Source of the DNA: Macrostomum hystrix
Lineage: Eukaryota; Animalia; Platyhelminthes
Assembly (NCBI GenBank): GCA_950097015.1
Contig: CATNEN010000007.1
Coordinates: 1,736,001 to 1,800,000 of the forward strand
Direction: 5' to 3'
Length of the DNA: 64,000 nucleotides
The notes beneath the pieces were generated by a model. The model saw only the letters and a program-made list of their open reading frames with translations. It did no database searches and was not told the origin of the DNA. Positions 1 through 10,800 of this stretch are shown here, piece by piece. The position numbers were made by a program, and so were the translations under genes. Position 1 is the stretch's first letter. Each line of letters begins with the position of its first letter.

Positions 1-251
1 ATTGAGTCACTCCAACGTCGATTGAGTTACTCCAACCTCGATTGAGTCACTCCAACCTCGATTGAGTCACTCCAGTGCTGATGAGTCACTCTAACCTCGA
101 TTGAGTCACTCCAGTGCTGATGAGTCCCTCTAACCTTGATTGAGTCACTCCAACCTTGATTGAGTCACTGCAACTTCGATTGAGTCACTCCAACCTTGAT
201 TGAGTCACTTGAACTTCGATTGAGTCACTTCAACTTCGATTGAGTCACTCC
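1..251. repeat. 20-bp tandem repeat (ATTGAGTCACTCCAACCTCG-like), runs off window start
   Basis: About 12 visible copies; most contain TGAGTCA. Confidence 0.95.
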
Positions 252-416
252 AATGCTGTTTAGTAAAAAACAATTTTTGTCGACTGCATCACGAAAAAAA
301 TGTTTTATTTTGAATTTCAGCGCGATCATCTCCTACTACTTACTCATTTGGCTATATAAGTAGCGTTATCAGCATTTACGCGTTTTTTGTACGAAGAGCA
401 AGAGAAACCTAATAGA

Positions 417-821
417 ATGCGCGGCTGGCGTACCATTCCGGCGTTGAAAGGCTACCGAGTGGCAATGATGTACCCCAAGAAGCCCAGTCCGCGCCTGACC
501 ATCTCCATGGTGCAGGAGGGCTGCACAAATAGGCCATTCTTTACTATTCAGGCCCGCAATAACCTGCAGGCCGCCAATGAGTCGGGTCTGGAACAGTTGG
601 GCAGCTGGGATCCTCTGGTCAACACCCACGGCGAACAATTGGTGGGCGTCAATATTGGCCGCCTCATACACTGGATGGCCCACGGTGCCACGCCTTCCCT
701 GGGTGTGGCCAAACTGTTCGGCCTGGTTGGCGCTCTGCCAGTTCATCCCAGCTCCGAGTTAGAGGCTGTGCGACTGACCAAGACTCTGAGAAGCAAGGCT
801 AGCGCTGCGCAGGAGGAATAA
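417..821 (+). CDS. MRPS16: Mitochondrial small ribosomal subunit protein bS16m, intronless
   Basis: RPFFTIQA...EQLGSWDPLVNTHGEQLVGVNIGRLIHWMAHGA...KLFGLVGALPVHP matches the remembered MRPS16 pattern ([21 protein letters not shown]...LLGLAGFFPLHP). First true ATG is at 417; the ORF-track start at 387 is TTG. AATAAA overlaps the stop (817-822). Confidence 0.9.
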   Translation: MRGWRTIPALKGYRVAMMYPKKPSPRLTISMVQEGCTNRPFFTIQARNNLQAANESGLEQLGSWDPLVNTHGEQLVGVNIGRLIHWMAHGATPSLGVAKLFGLVGALPVHPSSELEAVRLTKTLRSKASAAQEE

Positions 822-864
822 ACTGCCTCATATGCGACTTCTGATCTGGTTTATCGGCGCACTC

Positions 865-1250
865 CTGTCCTGTCCTGTCCTGTCCTGACCTGTCCTGTCT
901 TATCATGTCCTGTCCTGTCTTATCATGTCCTGTCCTGACCTGTCTTATCATGTCCTGTCCTGACCTGTCCTGTCCTGACCTGTCCTGTCCTGTCCTGTCC
1001 TGACCTGTCCTGTCCTGTCCTGACCTGTCCTGTCCTGTCCTGACCTGTCCTGTCCTGTCCTGTCCTGTCCTGTCCTGACCTGTCTTATCATGTCCTGTCC
1101 TGACCTGTCCTGTCCTGACCTGTCCTGTCCTGTCCTGACCTGTCCTGTCCTGTCCTGTCCTGACCTGTCCTGTCCTGTCCTGTCCTGTCCTGACCTGTCC
1201 TGTCTTATCATGTCCTGTCCTGTCCTGTCTTATCCAGTCCTGTCCTGACC
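865..1250. repeat. Pentamer microsatellite (TGTCC/TGACC)n
   Basis: Directly visible. Confidence 0.95.
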
Positions 1251-1469
1251 ATATTTCTGTCCACCAAGTCGTATGGGTCTGTTAATCAGTGTATATTATT
1301 TTTCTTCATTAAAGCCGAAATAGATTGAAGGTGAAACGATCACTAGTTAACTTGTTCGTTAGTCTATTGAATTTTTTGTCTCTTTTTTTCGTCCTCTTAT
1401 ACGAATTCTCGGTTCTGGAACAGTTTCTGTGCGTTGCAAACTGTCTGCACCGTGTAATAAGAATATTGA

Positions 1470-1712
1470 CGGGGGTGCTTTGGGCACTGTCACATCATTT
1501 GGCGACATTCGACCTGCAGTCAGCGAGGAGGCAGTTCTGCCCGTTCCGCTGACTCCTGAGCATACGCTCACACAGATGTGTACATCTGCCCTGACTTTCT
1601 CATCGTCAGGCAGTGTACACTCTCACTCTGCCTTGGAGGTTGGCCCTCAATGGGACGTAAATTGCACGACAAGCGCCCAAGGCTTTTCTCCGCTGCGAAA
1701 TGTGGCCTCCTT
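1470..1712 (-). mobile_element. SINE family A, 5'-truncated copy
   Basis: Reverse complement matches 58150-58400 (shared GGGCAGATGTACACA...CTCAGGAGTCAGCG block). Confidence 0.8.
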
Positions 1713-1886
1713 AATAGAAAGAACCCCTCTTGGAAGTACTATTGTGAATGCTTGGCTCGGCGAAGTGCCTACCGCCTGTAGATCGTTTAGAACTATCGCC
1801 TGAATAACTTGTGATGTACCCAGCATACTACTAATAAACTACTTGAGGTTATTTGAAACTTCAATAATATCCCCGCAGCAGGCGAG

Positions 1887-3429
1887 ATGGACAAGCAGAA
1901 ATGCCCGGAATGCAAGGCCACCAAGTACACCAACCCCAGCCTGAAGATGATGGTGAACTCATGCGGCCACGCTCTGTGCGAGAACTGTGTGGACATCCTG
2001 TTCGCCAGGGGCAGTGGGGCTTGCCCGCAGTGCAAGACGCCCCTGCGTAGGGGTCAATTTCGCTTCCAAATGTTTGAGGATAGCCATGTAAGCTGGTGCA
2101 TGATTAGCCATATTAGCCTGCCGAATTTTCTGCTTCCCAAATCTACAATTTTTTTGGCCGAGTTCAGACTCATGAGTCCTTTCCGTTTTCAGATCCCAAT
2201 TATTAACTACCCAAATCCTCTACCAGATCCCCATTCTATCTACCCAAATCCTCTACCAGATCCCCATTCTATCTACCCAAATTCTCTATCAGATCCCCCA
2301 TTTTATCTTCCCAAATTCTCTATCAGATCCCCCATTTTATCTTCCCAAATCCTCTATCAGATCCCCCATTTTATCTTCCCAAATCCTCTACCAGATCCCC
2401 CATTTTATCTTCCCAAATCCTCTACCAGATCCCCCATTATATCTACCCAAATCCTCTACCAGATCCCCAATTTTATCTTCTCAAATCCTCTACCAGATCC
2501 CCCATTATATCTACCCAAATCCTCTACCAGATCCCCCATTTTATCTTCCCAAATCCTCTATCAGATCCCCCATTTTATCTTCCCAAATCCTCTATCAGAT
2601 CCCCCATTTTATCTTCCCAAATCCTTTATCAGATCCCCATTTTATCTTCCCAAATCCTCTATCAGATCCCATTCCGTTCTAACTTCTCAAATCGTCAGGA
2701 TCTCAGATTATTTTCTTAATGTCCACCCATTTTCCCACAACGCCGCCACAGGTAGAGAAGGAGCTGGACATTCGCAAGCGCCTGATGAAAGACCTGAACC
2801 TGTCCGAGGACAACTTCTCCAACCTGTCCGAGTTCAACAATTACCTGGAATTCGTGGAATTCGCCGTTTTCAATTTGGCAAATGAGATCGACGTGGAGTC
2901 CACCAAGCGAAGCCTGGAAGAATTCAAGAAGTCCCACGCTGACGCCATCAAAAGCAACCGGCTGCGTCGTCGGCCTGAGCTGGCCGCTCTCGACACGGTC
3001 ATCGACTCCGAGACCGCCAACGGCGGCATCAGCGGCAGAAACAATGGAAGCCTAGCTGACTCGGCTAGAACTGGCAGCTCGGCTGACATAACCGCCGCCG
3101 CAGCAGCCGCCGGTGTTGCCGCCTCCGCAGCTGGCAGCGTTGTGTCATCCGCGTCCAACGGTTCGAAAGCTGTCATCACGGCCAGCTCGTCTGTTGGTCC
3201 AGCAGCCGGCACAGCCGCCACTGTGGATTTGGCCACACTGACAAAACTGCTGCAGCCCTACCTGGTGCCTCTGAATGGGCCTTCGTTAGACAGTGGCTCT
3301 GTTGACCAGTCTGTTGACATCCTGTCATCCAGGTTGCCTCTTTCCTACGCTGCCGGTGGCTACACAGCAAGGCTGGGCGTCCGCAGACTGCTGGCAGATG
3401 CTCACTGCGACCTGTTCTATAGGCTCTGA
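1887..3429 (+). CDS. MNAT1: CDK-activating kinase assembly factor MAT1; exons 1887-2087 and 2752-3429 (about 292 aa)
   Basis: N-terminal C3HC4 RING ([34 protein letters not shown]...CPQC), then [13 protein letters not shown]...[12 protein letters not shown] and C-terminal AGGYT...DLF. Phase-0 GT-AG intron 2088-2751. Confidence 0.95.
2210..2668. repeat. 33-34-bp minisatellite filling the MAT1 intron
   Basis: Unit CCCCCATTTTATCTTCCCAAATCCTCTATCAGAT. Confidence 0.95.
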
Positions 3430-3489
3430 TTCTTGGCCCTATGTACCACTGACCCGTTTTATGTCTCACCACTTTCTCTGCCCCAGTCT

Positions 3490-3612
3490 CAACAGTGTCT
3501 CATCCCCCTGTCTCATCCCCCTGTCTCATCCTTCTGTCTCATCTCCCCCTGTCTCATCTCCCTGTCTCATCCTTCTGTCTCATCTCCCCCTGTCTCATCT
3601 CTCTGTCTCATC
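3490..3612. repeat. Low-complexity (CTGTCTCATC)-type repeat
   Basis: Directly visible, degenerate. Confidence 0.8.
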
Positions 3613-4109
3613 CTCGGTCTCTTTCGTCTATGTTTCTGCTGCTCACCCAGTCTGTATCTGGAAGCAAATTTTGTCATTTTATGGACATGAAGCTGTGAAA
3701 TCAACGCGCTTTCTAAGCACAATTAGAGTTCAATTTAAAGTGTTTTATTAGTACTTTTTTGAGCATTACGTCTGACTCGCTTGAAGTCCTAATTTCAACT
3801 GTAAATCAGGAAGTAAAAGATTAGTAAAATAACGAAAATCTGCGTTTCACACTGTTTGCTAACTTCAAACAGCAATTTTAGCTCATGCATTTCTCTTTTG
3901 ATGCAAAATTTAAAAGCGTTTTTTTTCTACGGATTTTAGTTCGTAATTTTTTTCTAAAATGGATAAACTGGCAGGACTACATTATACTAAAACCAGATTC
4001 GAAAAATGTTGTCAATGCCTGAAAACTAACAGTCATAGTATTTTCCAGTCCCTCGTTGTCTTCTCCCTTCTCCCTTATTATCCCTTCTCAGCTTCTCAGT
4101 TCTTGATTG

Positions 4110-4704
4110 TCTTCTTAATTATTCCTTCTCAGTCGTTCATTGTTTTCCTAATTATCCCTTCCCAGTCCTTCATTGTTTTCCTAATTATCCCTTCCCAGTC
4201 CTTCACTGTTTTCCTAATTATCACTTCCCAGTCCTTCACTGTTTTCCTAATTATCCCTTCTCAGTCGTTCATTGTTTTCCTAATTATCCCTTCCCAGTCC
4301 TTCATTGCATGTTTTCCTAATTATTCCTTCTCAGTCCTTCATTGTTTTCCTAATTATTCCTTCTCAGTCCTTCATTGTTTTCCTAATTATCCCTTCCCAG
4401 TCCTTCACTGTTTTCCTAATTATCCCTTCCCAGTCCTTCATTGTTTTCCTAATTATCCCTTCCCAGTCCTTCATTGTTTTCCTAATTATCCCTTCCCAGT
4501 CCTTCATTGTTTTCCTAATTATCCCTTCCCAGTCCTTCACTGTTTTCCTAATTATCCCTTCCCAGTCCTTCATTGTTTTCCTAATTATCCCTTCCCAGTC
4601 CTTCATTGTTTTCCTAATTATCCCTTCCCAGTCCTTCATTGTTTTCCTAATTATCCCTTCCCAGTCCTTCATTGTTTTCCTAATTATCCCTTCCCAGTCG
4701 TTCA
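4110..4704. repeat. 33-bp minisatellite
   Basis: Unit TTGTTTTCCTAATTATCCCTTCCCAGTCCTTCA. Confidence 0.95.
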
Positions 4705-4899
4705 GGGTCCCTTAGAAAAACAAGCAGCCCTTCGCTTGATATCTAACTAGTTTCAGTTCTCATATCCTTTCATTTTTACTAGCCTTTAAATTATAATAAT
4801 ATGTCAGTCAATAAAGCAATGCAAGCATATTTATTCAGTGCTCAAGCAATAGGGAATGTACAGGCATTTAAGCAAGGCGGCTTGAGCCGACCGTGCCAT

Positions 4900-7800
4900 T
4901 CACTCGCTGGTGTCCTGGGCTTTCTCTCGCGCTTTGCGTCGCTGCTTCCTGTCCCGATCCTGCATGAACGCGTCTGACGCCTTCTTCTCGAATGCCTGCA
5001 GGCGCTGCTGATGCGTCAGCTGTAGGCGCATCACTGCAGAGGTGGGAATTTAGTGAGTTGGTTGTGAGTTAGTTGCTAGCGAGTCTGCTGTGGGCTTGTT
5101 TTAGTTTGGTTGTGATTTCGTTGTCAATTGTGAGTTGGTTGTGGGTTGGTTTTGAGTTTGTTTTTAGTCAATTGTGAGTTGTCTTGAGTCGGTTGCAAGT
5201 CGGTTTTGAGTTGTTTTCCAGTCGGTTTTGAGTCTGCCTTGAGTTACTATTGAGTCGGTCTTCTGTTGGATGTGAGCCAGTTGTACTTAGTTGTGAGTCT
5301 ATTGTTTATGAGTAGGCTGTAGTCATGGGACTCAATGGCTCACCGAAATCGTCGGACGAGAGCAAATCGACGGGGTCGTCTCGACGATGGCAGCGCACGG
5401 CAGCCTTCCAGCAGATCTTGACTAGCCGGAACAGATGCGGCAGGATTATGAGCGGAGGCGGCAGGCATGGCCTGTAGTAGTATTCCTTGATGAAGTCATG
5501 CCGAATGTGGCACCAGTACTTGAAAGAGCTGGACTGCATGCGGTCGAATGTGTTGCTGGAATTGTCAACGGTTTCATCGGGGGTCAGTGTTTCAGCAGCT
5601 GTGCCCTCCTGACCAACTCAGTGTGTCAGCAGCTGTGCCCTCCTGACCAACTCAGTGTGTCAGCAGCTGTGCCCTCCTGACCAACTCAGTGTTTCAGCAG
5701 CTGTGCCCTCCTGACCAACTCAGTGTTTCAGCAGCTGTGACCTCCTGACCAACTCAGTGTTTCAGCAGCTGTGCCCTCCTGACCAACTCAGTGTTTCAGC
5801 AGCTGTGCCCTCCTGACCAACTCAGTGTGTCAGCAGCTGTGCCCTCCTGACCAACTCAGTGTTTCAGCAGCTGTGCCCTCCTGACCAACTCAGTGTGTCA
5901 GCAGCTGTGCCCTCCTGACCAACTCAGTGTGTCAGCAGCTGTGCCCTCCTGACCAACTCAGTGTGTCAGCTGCTGTGCCCTCCTGACCAACTCAGTGTGT
6001 CAGCTGCTGTGCCCTCCTGACCAACTCAGTGTGTCAGCTGCTGTGCCCTCCTGACCAACTCAGTGTGTCAGCAGCTGTGCCCTCCTGACCAACTCAGTGT
6101 GTCAGCTGCTGTGCCCTCCTGACCAACTCAGTGTGTCAGCAGCTGTGCCCTCCTGACCAACTCAGTGTGTCAGCAGCTGTGCCCTCCTGACCAACTCAGT
6201 GTGTCAGCAGCTGTGCCCTCCTGACCAACTCAGTGTGTCAGCTGCTGTGCCCTCCTGACCAACTCAGTGTGTCAGCTGCTGTGCCCTCCTGACCAACTCA
6301 GTGTGTCAGCAGCTGTGCCCTCCTGACCAACTCAGTGTGTCAGCTGCTGTGCCCTCCTGACCAACTCAGTGTGTCAGCTGTTTTATCAGCCGTCAGCTCT
6401 CACCCGAACATAGCGATCAGCAGGTTCAGCAGGAGAACATTTGTGCCCAGCATGTAGATGGCGAGTAGGATGACAGCCATGGCGTAACGCACTTTGCTGG
6501 CTTGAATCTCTGCAGATTTATCAGTGTTTATTTATGTCCTTCAACACTACTATAAATAAGATGGGTAGCGCAGCGAAAGGGTGTGTGCAGCTATTTCAGT
6601 CCATGGACTGTTGAACATCCCAAATTTCTCCCCCTAGCTAATGATGACCTCCTCACCGTCCACGAAGCCTTCGAGGTTGAGCTCGCCATACATCTGCCAG
6701 TAGGGTGTGGCCAGGATGTTTTTTGCCAGCAGCTCCGGCAGCTTCTTGTTCTCGTCGCGCAGCGACATCGACGCGACGCCGAACGAGAGAAGGAAGACGA
6801 CCAGAATGGCGATGAAGAAGACGATGTCGCCGAACTGAACGCGTCGATGGTGATCGATGGTCGTGTTAAAAATTATTTAGTAAAAATGTGAATATTATGA
6901 ATAATACTAGTGGATTTACGATGGATGCTACTGGTTCTACTTAAATAAGTAGTAATGTGGGCAAATTGGCAGAGCGGTGGGTCTCTCGCGCCAAGATCCC
7001 TGAGCTCGAATCCGCGGCGAGGCCATGTTAGTTTGGGGCGCAGCCGCGGACAGAAGGCTTGGCGGCTTGTGCGCGGCGCATCTGAAGGCTGCATTCAGTC
7101 CATGGACTGGGGGATGTCACTCCCACCCTCAATTACGTCAGCTACCGCTGCCAGAACCCATTTAGCAGAGTTAAATGATTAAGAGCTAAAGGGCACAAAT
7201 TGTTCCATTGGAGTCGGGAATCGAACCCTCGACCTTCAAGTCGTGAGTCCGATGCTCTAGCCACTAGGCTACAAAGCCAGGACTCGCCCTCACCATCTCG
7301 ATGATCATGAGCACTTTTGGTCCCAGCGAGTGGTGCACATAGTAGAACTGCATGAATCGCAGGAAGAACAGGGACAGGGTCACGGCGTACACGCACTGGG
7401 CCCACTCGCACTGCGCCGGAGCCGCGATGCGGAAGGCGCCGCAGGCGACGAACAGGCAGCAGATGAGCAGGTCGAACCGGTCCCAGTGCGACATGCCGGC
7501 CAGCTTGGCGCGCAGGGAAGTGAAATGTGAGAACTGCCTGGCCTCCTCAATCATGAACTGGATGATCCAAGCGAACAGGAACCACTCGGTCCAGTGCAGG
7601 GCTGGCCCGGTCTCCGGCTGGCAGCGCTTGCCCAGCTCCATCAGCACAATGTAGGAGAACACGCCAAGGAATAGCAGGGTGGACAGGCAGTTCAGGATGC
7701 ACTTCACCAGAGGAGCAGTGTAGAACAGTTTCAGGCAGGTCAGGAAGGACATGGACAGGAAGCCGCGCCTCTGCCTGTAGAGAGCCTCCATGCGGAGCTG

Positions 7801-10800
7801 CTGCCTGGTCTTCAGGCTGAGCTCGAGGCTGTCAGCCACTTCGTCCAGCATCACCGTGTCAAGGAGTTCGCGAGCGCTGGGCGCTTTTGGATCCACCTGA
7901 CGATGTAGAAATTTGCGACTTGGGAGAAATTTGAACATTGAAATCGATAATTATTTTTCCGTAAGGAAGGGTGTTCGCCTGTTAGACAGGATGTTCGCCT
8001 GTTAGACAGGATAATCTCCCGTTTGACACGAGAATAATTTCCTGTTAGACACTAAAATAATCTCCTGTTAGACACGAGGATAATCTCTTGTTAGACACGA
8101 GGATAATCTCCTGTTAGATACGAGGATAATCTCCTGTTAGACACGAGGATAATGTCCTGTTAGACACTGGAATAATCTCCTGTTAGACACTGGAATAATC
8201 TCCTGTTAGACACTAGGATAATCTCCTGTTAGACACTGGAATAATCTCCTGTTAGACACTGGAATAATCTCCTGTTAGACACTGGAATAATCTCCTGTTA
8301 GACACTGGAATAATCTCCTGTTAGACACTGGAATAATCTCCTGTTAGACACTAGGATAATCTCCTGTTAGACACTGGAATAATCTCCTGTTAGACACTGG
8401 AATAATCTCCTGTTAGACACTAGGATAATATCCTGTTAGACACTGGAATAATCTCCTGTTAGACACTGGAATAATCTCCTGTTAGACACTAGGATAATAT
8501 CCTGTTAGACACGAGGATAATCTCTTGTTAAACACGAGGATAATCTCCTGTTAGACACGAGGATAATCTCCTGTTAGACACTGGAATAATCTCCTGTTAG
8601 ACACTGGAATAATCTCCTGTTAGACACTGGAATAATCTCCTGTTAGACACTAGGATAATCTCCTGTTAGACACTAGAATAATCTCCTGTTAGACACTGGA
8701 ATAATCTCCTGTTAGACACTGGAATAATCTCCTGTTAGACACTGGAATAATCTCCTGTTAGACACTGGAATAATCTCCTGTTAGACACTAGGATAATCTC
8801 CTGTTAGACACTAGAATAATCTCCTGTTAGACACTGGAATAATCTCCTGTTAGACACTAGGATAATATCCTGTTAGACACGAGGATAATCTCTTGTTAGA
8901 CACGAGGATAATCTCCTGTTAGACACGAGGATAATCTCCTGTTAGACACTGGAATAATTTCCTGTTAGACACTAGATATCATCACCGAGGTTATTGAAAA
9001 TTTTACAGTCTTCTGGCTGCTAGACCGACTGGTTGGCAGACTTCGCCGGCTCACCATCTGCACCTCGTCCAGCACACTGTTCACCGCCGGATGGTTCTGT
9101 TTCGACGCGTCCTGAGCCGTACCGACTGGTTCCAGAGAGACCGCTGATTGGCTGAGCCGGGCTCGCTCCTGCCTGCGCCACTGGTGCAGGTGAACCAGGT
9201 TAAACCGTCGGTGCGTCTTGAATATCAGCACCGGCACCAGCATTGGCAGGAAGATTGACAGCATGATGCGCCAAGTTGAGGTGCTCGTTGCCATGCCGCC
9301 CATCCACACCATTGTGAGGAGGTCCTGCACCGCCGAGTGGTGCATGAAGTCCAGGCACTGGTTGCTTTCGGCCAGCGAGATTACAGTCTGGCTATTCCAC
9401 ATTGGCAGCTCTCGGATTAGAAGGGCCTTGGTGATGTCCGGATTATTCTGGTAACACCTGGTAGGTCAGTCGGTTTCCTTCTTTGATAGCTATCTAAATT
9501 AGGCTTATGTACTTTTTGTTTAACTAAATTTAAATTCTAAGGAAATAGTCATTCTGAACTATAAAAGCTCTAATTGCTTTAGTTCACAATTTTGATACCC
9601 CGAGAACCCATCAAACCATTTCCGCCGCCAGAGCCATAGAACCCACCTCACCTCCGCCACCAGTGTCCAAACATCCACCTCACCTCCGCCGCCAGCCTCT
9701 AAACACCCACCTCACCCTATTCATTCGCCTCCAGGGTCAAAACACCCACCTCACCACACTCCTCCGCCGCCAGTGCCCCAACACCCAGCTCATCTCATTC
9801 CTCCGCCCCCCAGGGTCCAGCTTTCTTCCAACACCCACCACTCATCTCCGTCTAGGGTCTAAACACCCACATCGCCCCATTCCTCCGCCGCCAGTGTCCA
9901 AACACCCACCTCACCCCATCCAGGGTCTAAACACCCACCTCACCCCATTCCTCCGCCGCCAGTGCCCAAACACCCGCCTCACCCCGTCCAGGGTCTAAAC
10001 ACGCACCTCACTCCATTCCTCCGCCGCCAGTGTCCAAACACCCGCCTCACCCCGTCCAGGGTCTAAACACGCACCTCACTCCATTCCTCCGCCGCCAGTG
10101 CCCAAACACCTACCTCACCCCATTCATTCGATATCAAATAAACAGCGTATTTGACTGTACAAACCTGGCCAGAACTCCCACGGCTAGCTCTTCGAAGTAG
10201 GCTGCGTCCGTTTCGAATACAGATTTCAGCTCCATCTCATCGTTGTCCACCGCGTCCTGCGCCATTCTGCGTAGCAGCATGCTGCCCACCTGATAGGTCC
10301 ATAGATTGCTTCGTGGATCGATCAAACATTCGCAGGTGTGAAATTAAAGAATTCAATAATCAATGAATTACCACCGCTGTGCCAATTTGATTCTTTCCGT
10401 GTCGCCAGAAGGCCTCTGCCAGCTCAATGTTGTGACACAGCATGGCCCAGACGAACAGGTCCTGCATGCTGAACTTGCGCTGCCCGCTGCCCTTGTAGCG
10501 CAATGGGAACAGCACCTTGGTGGGGTCCACTGACGGATTGTCGGCCAGGTTTTCTAGAGTAGTAGAGGGGCGATTTATCTAACAGAAAGCTGTATCTAAC
10601 AGGTAGTCGGAGCGTGTCTAACAGGTAGTCGGTGAGTATCTAACAGGTAATCGAAGAGTGTCTAACAGGTAGCCGGAGAGTGTCTAACGGGTAGTCGGAG
10701 AGTGTCTAACAGGTAGTCGGAGAGTGTCTAACAGGTAGTCGGAGGGTGTCTAACATAGTCGGAGAGTGTCTAACAGGTAGTAGGAGAGTGTCAGACAGGT

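Noticed and set aside
369-746. Antisense ORFs overlapping real exons (here and in TRPM, CCDC154-like, FKBP8 and CRAT)
   Set aside because: Shadow ORFs of GC-rich coding sequence with no independent motifs.
7205-7280. tRNA-like sequence (also at 58092 and 62990-63056)
   Set aside because: A and B boxes are present but the acceptor stem does not pair, and each continues into a shared SINE body. These are SINE heads, not tRNA genes.
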